Notes under the pieces: model-generated | Told to the model about the DNA's origin: nothing | The model's database searches: none | What the model saw: the letters and a program-made list of their open reading frames with translations, nothing else | Program-made: the position numbers and the translations under genes | Part shown: piece by piece, positions 1-10,145 of the stretch | Layout: each line of letters starts with the position of its first letter | How positions within the stretch are numbered: position 1 is the first letter of the stretch | NCBI GenBank assembly: GCA_963662465.1 | Contig: OY759599.1 | Location: 1,344,001 to 1,408,000, forward strand | Direction: 5' to 3' | Source: Desulfatiglandales bacterium | Lineage (GTDB): Bacteria > Desulfobacterota > DSM-4660 > Desulfatiglandales > Desulfatiglandaceae | Length of the DNA stretch: 64,000 bases

Positions 1-254
1 AGCGCAGGTGCGGCAATAATGAAATATCGGACGCTGATTCTGTCGGCCAGAATTCCGATGTAGGGGTTCAGAAGAGAGGGAATCTGAAGGATGGTTGAAA
101 GAAAGCCCGCCTGAGCAAGAGACATGGAGAGTTTCTGTATCAGAAGGGGAAGAAGGGGAGACAGAAAGCTGGTGTAAATATCGTTGATAAAATGCGAGAG
201 GGAAAGACCGACAACCCTTCCCGTCTGAAATGATCCATCTCTTTTTTGCGCCAC
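1..254 (-). CDS. MFS transporter, FSR-like (5' part; runs off window)
   Basis: Manual translation from GTG at 254 (RBS GAGGAGGT upstream): ...LSLSHFINDIYTSFLSPLLPLLIQKLSMSLAQAGFL...NPYIGILADR, typical MFS TM1-2. Confidence 0.8.
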   Translation of the reverse strand, partial: MAQKRDGSFQTGRVVGLSLSHFINDIYTSFLSPLLPLLIQKLSMSLAQAGFLSTILQIPSLLNPYIGILADRISVRYFIIAAPA

Positions 255-601
255 GCCGCCATACCTCCTCAATGAAGCTTCGCGGGCATAGTAGTACCGG
301 CATAAACCTCCGTCAAGGGTCAGAAAAGCAAAATGAATTTAATTGTCTAAAGCGGCAAGCCGCAGTTTTAAGTTTTACGTTTTAAGCTCAGATGATCGAA
401 AGTTTCTTGTTTTTTATGACAGAAAACCTGAGAATAAGGGCCTAAAATGTCATTCAAAGTACTTTGAATTCAAACGCAACCCGGATATAATCAAATCCGC
501 GTTTTTGAGCATGGCAACCCGGGCATATCGTTTGGATCCCTGGTGTTTTTTTAAAGATAAGCGAGTGTGTTGATGAAAGATATTCAAAGACGGTATTTGC
601 A

Positions 602-1132
602 ATGAGAGGTCATCCCGAAGAACCTCCCTGGAAGGATGCCTCTTCCTGGAGTGAGGCAAACCAAACACTTTCTTTTCTCATTGATCGATACGGCAATCAT
701 CTCCACGAGACCGTAAATTTTGCGGGGAATGTGAAGCGGAAGATGGTTTCCCTGTTCCCCCTGCTGGATGACCTGTGCAGGGCAACCTGCACTTATTGTC
801 CGGATCCGTGTTGTTTTTCAGCGTATGCCTGGTTTGATTTCAAAGATCTTCTCTTTGCGCGCTTAAATGGTTTGGCGATTCCACCGGCCCAACTCATGAC
901 GGATCGGAAAATGATTTGCCGCTATCTTGGCGCCAGGGGATGCACCCTTGAAAGAATCTCCCGCCCCTGGATTTGTACCTGGTACCTTTGTCCCACGCAG
1001 ACAAGCGTGTTACGGGGGGATGTCAGCAGTGGGAAAAAGAGGCTTTTCATTGAAACAACAACAGAAATCAGGCGTGATCGCAAAGAAATGGAAACGGCAT
1101 TTATTAACGAAACACGGACGGCCCAGCGGTAA
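602..1132 (+). CDS. YkgJ-like cysteine-cluster protein
   Basis: CxxCxxxCC ... CRYLGARGCTL..RPWICTWYLC pattern. Confidence 0.6.
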   Translation: MRGHPEEPPWKDASSWSEANQTLSFLIDRYGNHLHETVNFAGNVKRKMVSLFPLLDDLCRATCTYCPDPCCFSAYAWFDFKDLLFARLNGLAIPPAQLMTDRKMICRYLGARGCTLERISRPWICTWYLCPTQTSVLRGDVSSGKKRLFIETTTEIRRDRKEMETAFINETRTAQR

Positions 1133-1429
1133 CAGGGCAAAATGGTGAGACCTGTTTGGTCAACCCGGAATTTGAACAAGGCGAACCGCTTGTTCCGTTC
1201 TTTGCCCGGGAAAGAAGCCAAAGTTCTTCTTTCTGATATTTTTCCGCCACGTTAGCAAGGGGTTTCCAGAAGGCTTTGGGTTTGTTTTTCCTGGCGCCTG
1301 CCTGAATTATTTGGGTTTTCCACTGTGGGTGTGTAAAAAAATACATCTTTGGCATATCTATTGCTGGTCGTCGCAACTTGATGAATGCGAACCTTTTTCG
1401 ACACTTCTTTTTTCAGGCGCACGAAAGCC

Positions 1430-1727
1430 GTCGCCTGATTTGATTCTCAACATACCCGTTTTTTTAATGGGCTGGAAATTTGTTGGAAAAAGGTTTTTTT
1501 TACAGCATTGTCGGCACGGGGGCCTTTACAATGGCCGTGGAATGGGTGCATTACCCGGTCCCGATTCAGGACCCCGTGCTATGTGCGGTCTTTATACGGT
1601 GATTACATTCCGGGAACTGGCGACCCTGAAACGAATGATTGGGACCTATGATCCCAATGCTTTTATTGTGGTGAGCGATACCCTTGAGGTGATGGGTCAG
1701 CGGATTGGAAACCAGCCGCACTGGTAG
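1430..1727 (+). pseudogene. YitT/DUF2179 family membrane protein remnant
   Basis: LILNIPVFLMGWKFVGKRFF and LYTVITFRELATLKRMIGTYDPNAFIVVSDTLEVMG are YitT N- and C-region motifs joined with the middle missing. Confidence 0.65.
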
Positions 1728-2015
1728 GAACGTTGACAGGGTCGCGGAAAGTCTTGATTCGCATCTGTGCGACGTCTAGTGATTATCCATGTATCCGATG
1801 GCTTTTGTTGCCATGGACCTGATGTTGTATTTCTTATTACTAATGAATGCAAAATTTTCCACTGCTGCCGCGACGAGGGCGCAACTTTCCTTTGCCGGAG
1901 AATACGTTTTTATATGCATGCAAAATACTTGCGCATTGATGATTCTTGCTTTAAGATGAAGAGAATAAACCACACATTCCTTTGCGTGGAACGGATTAAT
2001 TTCCCTGAGATTTAC

Positions 2016-3065
2016 ATGACTGTCAGAACCCGATACATGATTGCCGCGGCCCTGCTGCTGTTGCTGATGGCGGGGCCGTTCGCGGCCGGCGCCATTGTCG
2101 CGTGGACCGAAGCCACGCTGGATCACCGTGCCATATTTACCCATTATTTTCACCGGATCATGCCGCTTGGGGCAGGGCTGACGGTGCTGGCCCTTCTGTT
2201 CGGTTTTTTGATTCTCAACCGCCTTTTCAGGCAATATGTAACCGGGATGGCGGCAACGGTTGAACGTCTGACGGTGATGCTGGTGAGCAACCGGGACCTT
2301 CGTCTTGAAGAACAGGGGCCACCGGAGCTGCGTCAAGTGATTTCAGCAATGAACCGCCTGGCCGACCAGCGTGATCATAAAATTGACGAGATCGAGAAAC
2401 AGATTGCCGAACAGCAGTCCATGTATGCGGCCATATGCGAGCGTTCCAGGTCGGGGATCGATCTTGACCGGCCCTTGAGCACGCTGGTCTATACCGCGTT
2501 TGACACCGAGACCACCGGTCTTCAGCCGAGCGGGGGGGATGAAATCATCCAGATTGGTGCACTCAGGGTTGCAAATGGCGCCCTTTGTTCGGAGAAAAAA
2601 TTTGAAAAGCTGATCGATCCCGGACGTCCCATTCATCCTGAAAGTCTGGCGGTTCACGGTATCTCAGATGCCATGGTCAGGGGGAAGCCCGAGATCGGGA
2701 CCGTATTGCCGGATTTCCACCGTTTCTGCGAACAATCCGTCCTGCTGGGGCATAATATCGCCTTTGATATGCGTTTCCTCCAAATCAAAGAGCGGACAAC
2801 CGGCGTTGTTTTCTCACAGCCGGTACTGGATACACTGCTGTTGTCGGCTGTCGCTTACCCGAACCAGGAACATCACAGCCTGGAATCGAGCATGGCCCTG
2901 CTGGGAGTCAGTATCGAGCAACGGCACAACGCGTTTTCAGATGCCGCGGCAACGGCACAAGTTTTTCTGAAACTGCTTCCCCTGCTGGCCGAGCGGGGCA
3001 TCATCACGCTGGGTCAGGCCATTGAAGCTTCAAAAAAAACGCCCTATGCCCGCTTGAAGTATTAG
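2016..3065 (+). CDS. Membrane-anchored DEDDh 3'-5' exonuclease (Pol III epsilon-like) with HAMP-like linker
   Basis: Two TM segments; ExoI FDTETTG, ExoII HNIAFD, ExoIII HNAFSDA; start moved to ATG 2016. Confidence 0.8.
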   Translation: MTVRTRYMIAAALLLLLMAGPFAAGAIVAWTEATLDHRAIFTHYFHRIMPLGAGLTVLALLFGFLILNRLFRQYVTGMAATVERLTVMLVSNRDLRLEEQGPPELRQVISAMNRLADQRDHKIDEIEKQIAEQQSMYAAICERSRSGIDLDRPLSTLVYTAFDTETTGLQPSGGDEIIQIGALRVANGALCSEKKFEKLIDPGRPIHPESLAVHGISDAMVRGKPEIGTVLPDFHRFCEQSVLLGHNIAFDMRFLQIKERTTGVVFSQPVLDTLLLSAVAYPNQEHHSLESSMALLGVSIEQRHNAFSDAAATAQVFLKLLPLLAERGIITLGQAIEASKKTPYARLKY

Positions 3066-3448
3066 CTGGTGATTGGAGGTCAAGTCTTTGATTGACCTCT
3101 CTTTTGGAATTTCAGAAGTTCAGGGGAAAAATGATAGAACTCATACAAAATGTTAAAGGGAAAAATAAATTCAAAGATTCGGAATGCCATGATAGGCTAT
3201 CACTACTTGATGCGATTGGGACACTTTCTCAATAAACAACCCATATCATGATGTTATCAAAATAGTCCTGTACCGGTTCAGCTATCTGGATGGAAAAGTT
3301 GCCTGCTGCACACAGCAGAACAAATTTCGCGCTATTCATGCTTCGGCACTGGTTCTTTTCACATATCATTTGACATTTGAAAATTTCATGATATTTTCAA
3401 GTATAACTTCAAAAAAACGCCAACACCCCCCTATGAATAAGGCTTCCC

Positions 3449-4597
3449 ATGTTCGAACGCAAATTAATGCTTCCACCACCATCCACCGAAACTTTCTTTT
3501 TATGGGGGCCCCGACAAACGGGAAAGTCCACACTGTTGCACCGCTATTACCCCGAGGCCATCTGGCTTGACCTGCTTAAAGCGGAAGAGTTTCGGCGTTA
3601 CATGTCACATCCGGAATCTTTACGCGGTGAGCTTCCCGATTCAGGAAAAAACCCCTTTGTGGTTATCGACGAAATCCAGAAGGTCCCTCAACTTTTAGAT
3701 GAGGTTCACTGGCTTCATGAAAACCGAAAATTTCATTTCGCCCTTTGTGGATCCAGTGCCAGGAAAGTGAGACGAGGACATGCCAATCTTTTGGGTGGGC
3801 GGGCATTGCGCTACGAACTTTGTGGGTTAAGCGCGGCTGAACTGGGGGATAAAACGGATCTGGTCAGATTGCTCAACCACGGCTATCTTCCCCGTATTTA
3901 CACATCAACAAAGCCTCAGAGACTTCTGCACGCCTACGTGGCCGACTACCTTAAAGAAGAAATCGCAGCCGAAGGGCTGGTACGGAATCTACCGGTTTTC
4001 TCCGACTTCCTCAACATGGCCGCCCTCTCCGACAGTGAGCCGGTCAATTATTCCACCATCGCCAGAGATTGTGGTGTTTCCAGCCAAACCATAAAACAAT
4101 ACTTTCAAATCCTTGAAGACACGCTTCTGGGCCGCTGGTTGCCGAGCTACCGCAAAAGACCCAAACGAAGGGTCAGCGTGGCGCCAAAATTCTATTTTGC
4201 GGATGTGGGAGTCGTGAATATTTTAGCGCGCCGGGGGGAGTTGCAACCCGGCTCTGAACTATTCGGCAAGGCTTTCGAAAACTGGTGTTACCATGAATTG
4301 CACACCTATAATCAATACGAAGAAAGGTTTGCACAACTCAGTTACTGGCGTTTGGCGGGCGGGACTGAAGTTGATTTCATTGTCAACGATATGGAAATCG
4401 CCATTGAGGTCAAAGCGGTAAGCCGGATCTCGGGACATCACCTCAAGGGATTGCGCTCAATTATCAACGATCATCCGCTGATTAAAAGAAGGATCATGGT
4501 CTGTATTGAAGATAAAACCAGAAAAACCAATGACGGCATTCAAATCATGCCCGCAACCGTCTTCGTAAAAAACCTGTGGCAGGGGGATCTTTTCTAA
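3449..4597 (+). CDS. AAA_14 ATPase with DUF4143 domain
   Basis: GPRQTGKS Walker A, IDEIQK Walker B, GSS, KFYFADVG, EVDFI..IEVK. Confidence 0.9.
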   Translation: MFERKLMLPPPSTETFFLWGPRQTGKSTLLHRYYPEAIWLDLLKAEEFRRYMSHPESLRGELPDSGKNPFVVIDEIQKVPQLLDEVHWLHENRKFHFALCGSSARKVRRGHANLLGGRALRYELCGLSAAELGDKTDLVRLLNHGYLPRIYTSTKPQRLLHAYVADYLKEEIAAEGLVRNLPVFSDFLNMAALSDSEPVNYSTIARDCGVSSQTIKQYFQILEDTLLGRWLPSYRKRPKRRVSVAPKFYFADVGVVNILARRGELQPGSELFGKAFENWCYHELHTYNQYEERFAQLSYWRLAGGTEVDFIVNDMEIAIEVKAVSRISGHHLKGLRSIINDHPLIKRRIMVCIEDKTRKTNDGIQIMPATVFVKNLWQGDLF

Positions 4598-4731
4598 ACG
4601 CTCATGAATTATGCGGGCATTCACCCCCGCACATGAAAATGATTACATAAAAAAGCACCCGGACCCCCGCAAACAGCGCGGGTCCGGTGAGCCGGAGCGT
4701 TCGCTTTTTCCTGTCTGCTCAAACAGTTTCA

Positions 4732-4772
4732 TTGACTTTCAGCGCATTGGACCCTATTATAGGCCTATAAAT
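4732..4772 (+). promoter_or_regulatory. Candidate promoter and palindromic operator of TA operon
   Basis: TTGACT...TATTAT followed by the palindrome TATAGGCCTATA. Confidence 0.45.
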
Positions 4773-4806
4773 AAAGGCCCAATATAAGGACTTAAAGGGA
4801 GGCTGC

Positions 4807-5040
4807 ATGTTACAGGCAAAATTCAGCGTTGAAGAATCGCAAGTCCAGTTTTTGAATAATTTTACAGTTTATGGATTTAAGGATAAAAGCGCTATGCTTC
4901 GTGAGGCTATAGAGCATTTCAAGAAAGAAATGGAACTTGAAAGTCTAAGAAAATCCGCTGAGCTATATTCTGAAATTTATTCTGAAGATGATGATTTAAA
5001 AGAATTGACCGAAACTGCATTAAACGGATGGCCGAAATGA
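4807..5040 (+). CDS. Putative antitoxin (RHH-like) of PemK/MazF toxin
   Basis: Small acidic ORF overlapping the toxin start. Confidence 0.7.
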   Translation: MLQAKFSVEESQVQFLNNFTVYGFKDKSAMLREAIEHFKKEMELESLRKSAELYSEIYSEDDDLKELTETALNGWPK

Positions 5041-5396
5041 TAGTGCTCAAAAGAGGTATGGTTATTGACGTCAATCTTGATCCGACAAAAGGTTCAGAAA
5101 CTGGAAAAATTAGACCCTGTGTGGTTGTGACTAACGATATTTATAATGAAAGAGTTCCTGTTATCCAGGTTGTTCCAATTACTGAATGGCGTGCAAAAAA
5201 AGCGCGAATAAAAACCAATGTTGAAATTTATCCGTCATCCGATAATGGTCTATCGAAAAAATCCGTAGCAGACTGTTTGCAGACACGTCCAATAGATCAT
5301 CGTCATAGGCTGGTTAAAATTCGAGGAAGATTGTCAATAAACACCGTACAGGAAATTAACCAGTCTTTAAGGGTTGTATTTGAACTTAATTCATAG
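5028..5396 (+). CDS. PemK/MazF family toxin
   Basis: RG.V..VNLDPTKGSETGKIRPCVVVTND...S.ADCLQTRPID. Confidence 0.9.
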   Translation: MAEMIVLKRGMVIDVNLDPTKGSETGKIRPCVVVTNDIYNERVPVIQVVPITEWRAKKARIKTNVEIYPSSDNGLSKKSVADCLQTRPIDHRHRLVKIRGRLSINTVQEINQSLRVVFELNS

Positions 5397-5848
5397 CCCA
5401 AAATACCCAGAGGCTAACCCATAAGTGAATGCCATTTCATCATCTGGGCCCCGTCAGCCAAAGTAGTATTCATGCAGGTTTATAAAGGTCCAAAACATCG
5501 ATTCAGATCTTCCACCCTTAAATACGACCATAAACGACATAAGGGATGTTCGGCAGTTCAACAAAATGCGCGAGATATTCCCCATCGCCGTCCAAAAACA
5601 CATTGATGGTGTACCCCATCGAATGGATCAAACCTTTTCATTTTTAGTCTCCTCATATTGCACCGGAAATTGCTTTACCTGGTAGCCCTTTGCCTTTCCA
5701 CTCCTGCCTTCCCGGATGGGAAGCCGGCTCCGTTTTGGGGAATACCTGTTTTTTTGTCTTGGCCCGGACTGGCCGGACTGCGACTGCTTACTCCCGAACA
5801 GATGGAGAGCGGGTTTTGTATATATGATGTTTACCCCCGGTATGAATT

Positions 5849-6265
5849 TCAAACGGAAGTCTCAGAGGGATTGGCTTGAATCACATTATGTGCAGCATGT
5901 ACAAGAAATGCGGATCGTGACATACCCCTTTTTTTTGCGGCGGCATCGATCTGCCTGAGCGTCATTTCGGGCAGGGTAATATTGACACGGACGGTTCGGG
6001 GGTTCGACTCTGGACCCGTAACAACAAGGAAAGCGGTGGCATCCGCATAGTCGGGATCGTTCATAATTTCTTCAAGTTTAGAAGAAAATGGCAATTTATC
6101 ACCGTCTTCGAACATTCCCTGAATATGAAAGGTGAGGGCCTCCTCGGCCATATCCTTTGCTTCATCGATGTTTTTCCCAGCGGTAATGCAACCGGGAAAA
6201 TCAGGAAATGAAACGCTGAAATCGCTTTTGGCATCTTTGTGAACGACGGCGATATAATTTGACAT
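5849..6265 (-). CDS. hicB: HicB antitoxin with C-terminal RHH
   Basis: VSFPDFPGCITAG...EA; VRVNITLP...IDAAA..RGMSRS. Confidence 0.9.
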   Translation of the reverse strand: MSNYIAVVHKDAKSDFSVSFPDFPGCITAGKNIDEAKDMAEEALTFHIQGMFEDGDKLPFSSKLEEIMNDPDYADATAFLVVTGPESNPRTVRVNITLPEMTLRQIDAAAKKRGMSRSAFLVHAAHNVIQANPSETSV

Positions 6266-6274
6266 GGGAAAACC

Positions 6275-6463
6275 TCAATTGAACTTGATACCCGATTGGC
6301 GTTCGATACTCTTCAATGTGCCAATGTGTATGTCCTTTTTTGGATGTGGAACCGTTACGCGCCCCTTCATATCAGGATGTCGAAATTGGGTGTGAGAACC
6401 GGATGTCGCGACTTTAATCCATCCGTTTTGTTTGAGAATTTTGATTATTGTTCGACTATCCAT
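6275..6463 (-). CDS. hicA: HicA toxin
   Basis: IKILKQNGW...GSHTQFRHP..GRVTVPHPKKDI.IGTLKSI. Confidence 0.92.
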   Translation of the reverse strand: MDSRTIIKILKQNGWIKVATSGSHTQFRHPDMKGRVTVPHPKKDIHIGTLKSIERQSGIKFN

Positions 6464-6900
6464 GATGTGTAATAATACACACTTTAGAATGATCTGTCAA
6501 TTCTGAGGAACAGGGGCAGACCTGTGTGTCGACATGCCTGGACAAGCTTGAATCGATGCGCCGGCGGTTCTCCACCATCCCTCTTTCCGCCCTCCCTTTT
6601 TCCTTCCTTCCGCCGAACAGCGAAAAAAATCGCATGAAATAAAAAATCCTGACCGGTAAAAAAAAATAAATCACTGAAATTTCGAAACAAATTTCAAAAC
6701 AATAGATATAAATTATATGGTTTTCTATGATGTTTACTCATGGTTTAAAGATTTGACATCCGCAATGATTTCGGGTTAGTTTATCCAACTGTTCCGTCCC
6801 CTTGTTATTACCTGGCCGCTCTGCGTCCATCTTTCTTCAGGTTTACCCGGTCCTGGATTTGCGTTACCTGTTTCAGTTGCTGTGAATTCACGGGAGTAAA

Positions 6901-8052
6901 GTGGGGATTCTCCCGTTCCAATGCGCCGTATGGGAATTGAAAAGTAGGCCGATCATGGACATATATTGCATAAAATGCTTTACGATCATTCGGTTTGAAG
7001 GTGCGATTGCCCCGACCGGTTCAAAAGTGAAATGCTCCGGGTGCGGGTCAACGTTTACGATCTATCCTTCAAAAACCGTTATAAGCGACTTTTGGGCCTA
7101 TGTGATTGTCAATTCTGATATTTCGGTAAGGGCTTGTTCAATGATTCGGAGTCATGTCCGTGATGTGGATGTTTTCTTGCGATCATCTCGGGAGGATTTC
7201 CTTGGATTACGGAACTGTGGTCTCAAAACAGCCAATGAATTGATCCGATTTCAGCGTGAACTGCGGAAAAAACTGGGTTACGGCACGGAGAAAAATGATT
7301 CTGAAGACGAAATCAGTGAAACCCATAAAAAGGCCGTTATCGCGTTTCTTTCAAGAGACAAATTCTTCAAGGAGGTTTTTGATTCCCAATTATCACATCC
7401 TTTTTTCGAACCGCTGCGACGCCGCGGAATTGATACCCTCGAAAAAATTCTGGTTTTGAGATATGAAGATGCGCTTCGAATTAAGCACGTTGGGGGTAAT
7501 ACCTTGCGGTTGTTTCGGGGGCTTCAAGAGATCTGCTCTGAAATTGTAACGATCCTTGCCGATTCGGAAGCGCTTTGTTTCAAAGATTTCAAATGGGTGG
7601 TGAGTCAGGATCAAACGATTCGGGATGTTCTTTCCTGTGGAAAAAACATTGATGTGGATGCCCCTTTTTCTTCCCTGTCTAAATGGGTGTTGGAAAACAG
7701 CTGGGGTTCTGAACGAAACAGGGATGTATTCATGTGCCGAATGGGGATGTTGGGTGGGCCGGGGATGACGTATGATAATATCGGTATACGGTATGATATT
7801 ACACTGGAGCGCGTCCGGCATATTGTCATAAAAATACAACTAAACGGACGACATCCTCTCCAGAGAATAAGGCTTGATCCATTGATCGCCAAAGCCGTCG
7901 ACATTGTGAAAGCCGGCGGAGGAAAAACCGGGCTTTCTGAATTAACCGAAAGATTGCTGAATTGTGGACCTCAAGGCGAGCTCCTGAAACATGCGGAACG
8001 ATTTGTTGAATATCTGAAATCCTTCCCTGAATGGGAAGAAGCCATGGGATGA
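6901..8052 (+). CDS. Zn-ribbon / 2x RNAP alpha-CTD-like / sigma70 region 4-like protein, copy 1
   Basis: CIKC..CSGC; ISVRACSMI...LRNCGLKT; GIDTL...IKHVGGNT; ERNRDVF.CRMG..G.GMTYDNIG..YDITLERVRHI; start may be 6955. Confidence 0.7.
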   Translation: MGILPFQCAVWELKSRPIMDIYCIKCFTIIRFEGAIAPTGSKVKCSGCGSTFTIYPSKTVISDFWAYVIVNSDISVRACSMIRSHVRDVDVFLRSSREDFLGLRNCGLKTANELIRFQRELRKKLGYGTEKNDSEDEISETHKKAVIAFLSRDKFFKEVFDSQLSHPFFEPLRRRGIDTLEKILVLRYEDALRIKHVGGNTLRLFRGLQEICSEIVTILADSEALCFKDFKWVVSQDQTIRDVLSCGKNIDVDAPFSSLSKWVLENSWGSERNRDVFMCRMGMLGGPGMTYDNIGIRYDITLERVRHIVIKIQLNGRHPLQRIRLDPLIAKAVDIVKAGGGKTGLSELTERLLNCGPQGELLKHAERFVEYLKSFPEWEEAMG

Positions 8053-8137
8053 TAAAGACCCGTGACGTCTGGAGGTTCTGAGGGTGTTTTTTTTGCGTCA
8101 ACATTGGCTTATTTTCACAATGACAGGAGGGGCGAAT

Positions 8138-8287
8138 GGGACGTACGTCAGATTATAAGTTAATCATTCATTGCATGATATTAAGCAAACATACCGCACA
8201 AAACTCGCATGGAGTAGCACAGAAGGCTGCCAATTGTGGGGAAAGAACCAAAGGCCTTTCGGAAACTTATAATCTGACGAACGTCCC
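8138..8287. mobile_element. 150-bp MITE/REPIN-like element sharing RAYT terminal IRs
   Basis: 23-bp IR with 1 mismatch (gggacgtacgtcagattataagt / acttataatctgacgaacgtccc); second copy at 58821-58973. Confidence 0.75.
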
Positions 8288-8646
8288 CAAGGTTCCCCAC
8301 GGCATCACCGTGTCCCTGCTGGCCTTTGGGGTCTTCTACATTCGACGCTTTGGCCTCCTTTACGTGGGGCTTGGACTGTACACCCTGTTCATTTACATGT
8401 TCGGGACCATTGTGGCAAATGGCCGATCCCTTTAATGGCTTTAACCACCAATTCAAAAGAAAAGAAGTATGTGATTGACAGAATTCAGCCTTTGAATAAC
8501 TCTGATTCTTCTACGGGACCGAAAAAAGGCCGGTGCAAGGGGCATTGCCCAAGTCCTGGGGCTGACGTCGCGTGCCGTTGAAAAACATAATATAGGTATG
8601 CAATTCAAGGATGACGCTTTGGTATTGCATTGACAATATTACGATC

Positions 8647-8678
8647 TAACCCAATATTGTCTTGACAATATTGGGTTA
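8647..8678. promoter_or_regulatory. Perfect 15-bp inverted repeat overlapping TTGACA upstream of AAA_14 gene
   Basis: taacccaatattgtc-tt-gacaatattgggtta. Confidence 0.6.
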
Positions 8679-8697
8679 CGCTTTTATATTGTCGAAT

Positions 8698-9918
8698 ATG
8701 GAAATTGAAAGAGCATTATACCAAAATATCTGGGACAAGCTTTCCGCACATAAACAAATGGTTTTTATTGCCGGGCCGCGGCAGGCCGGCAAAACCACTT
8801 TTACGCGGATTCTGGCCGAAGATTTCATGAATTCGCTCTATTTCAACTGGGATATCATTGAGGATAAACGAAACCTGATTGAAAACCCCTCCTTTTATGA
8901 AGAAGTTCATCGTAGCGATAATACCGTTCCACTCATTATATTTGATGAGTTGCACAAATATTCAAACTGGAAAAATTATCTAAAAAGTGTCTACGATCGC
9001 GATAAAAGCAACTATACATTCGTCGTATCCGGCAGCGGCAGGCTTGATATGTACCAAAAAGGAGGAGATTCCCTGGCCGGTCGGTATTTTCTTTTTTACC
9101 TGTGGCCGTTTACCCTTGCAGAACTTGCGGGAAATAATCTTACCTTTGAACAATTTCTGGCCAATCCCATTGAAGTTCGCGCTGCGCCTAATGAAACAAT
9201 AACCATCTGGAATAAACTGACTCGTTTTTCCGGATTCCCCGATCCGTACCTTGATGGAACAAATGAGTTCTACCGGATCTGGTCAAACACTTATAAGAAG
9301 CAGCTCTTGCGGGAAGATATTCGTGATCTCGCATCACTTCGCAACATTGAGGCTGTGGAAATTCTTTTTTCTTTGCTCCCTTCCAAAATCGGCAGTCCAC
9401 TTTCAATGGCAAGCCTTTCCAGAGATATTAATGTGTCATTTGACAGTGTTCGGAGCTGGATCGAGATTTTTGAGAACTTTTTCCTGGTATTCAGAATAGC
9501 GCCATGGAGCGGGAAAATATCGAGGGCCATAACCAAGGAGAAAAAACTGTATCTCTTCGATTACGCGGGGATTGATTCCCCGGGGGCAAAATTTGAAAAT
9601 ATGGTTGCTCTGGAATTGTTCCGGGCGGTTTCGAACTGGAATGATCTCGGGCTTGGGAATTTTGCATTGCATTATATCCGAAATCGGGAGAAGGAAGAGG
9701 TTGATTTCCTGATTTCCAACAACCACACGCCTCTCATTCTCATCGAAACCAAACGATCCGATGATCATGTATCCAAAAGCCTAAGGAAATTTCAAAAGGT
9801 ACTCAATATCCCGGCGGTCCAGCTGGTCAACAGAAACAATGTCTGTAAAATAGTCTCTAACAATAACCTGCGAATCATGATCATCAGCGCGGATCACTGG
9901 CTGTCATTGCTGCCGTAA
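8698..9918 (+). CDS. AAA_14 ATPase with DUF4143 domain
   Basis: GPRQAGKT, IFDELHK, SGSG, KKLYLFD, EVDFL..IETK. Confidence 0.9.
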   Translation: MEIERALYQNIWDKLSAHKQMVFIAGPRQAGKTTFTRILAEDFMNSLYFNWDIIEDKRNLIENPSFYEEVHRSDNTVPLIIFDELHKYSNWKNYLKSVYDRDKSNYTFVVSGSGRLDMYQKGGDSLAGRYFLFYLWPFTLAELAGNNLTFEQFLANPIEVRAAPNETITIWNKLTRFSGFPDPYLDGTNEFYRIWSNTYKKQLLREDIRDLASLRNIEAVEILFSLLPSKIGSPLSMASLSRDINVSFDSVRSWIEIFENFFLVFRIAPWSGKISRAITKEKKLYLFDYAGIDSPGAKFENMVALELFRAVSNWNDLGLGNFALHYIRNREKEEVDFLISNNHTPLILIETKRSDDHVSKSLRKFQKVLNIPAVQLVNRNNVCKIVSNNNLRIMIISADHWLSLLP

Positions 9919-10145
9919 TCGGTTTCTGATGTGTTGTCAAAACGATGAAATTGCAGTATCGACTTTTTCAAAACCGTGCAGAACAAAATACACTTTTTAT
10001 CCGGACTTAGAAGACCATGAAGACCCAACGGAGATCGATGCCACCTTAAATACCATGCTTGATGAACTCGTTGTCGAACCCGAGACGATTGCCTGTGATA
10101 AATTTAGCTGATTCGAACAACTGATATCCGGAAAGGAATATCCTT

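Noticed and set aside
1767..2015. N-terminal extension of the exonuclease ORF
   Set aside because: AT-rich, intergenic-like sequence; ATG 2016 directly precedes the TM segment.
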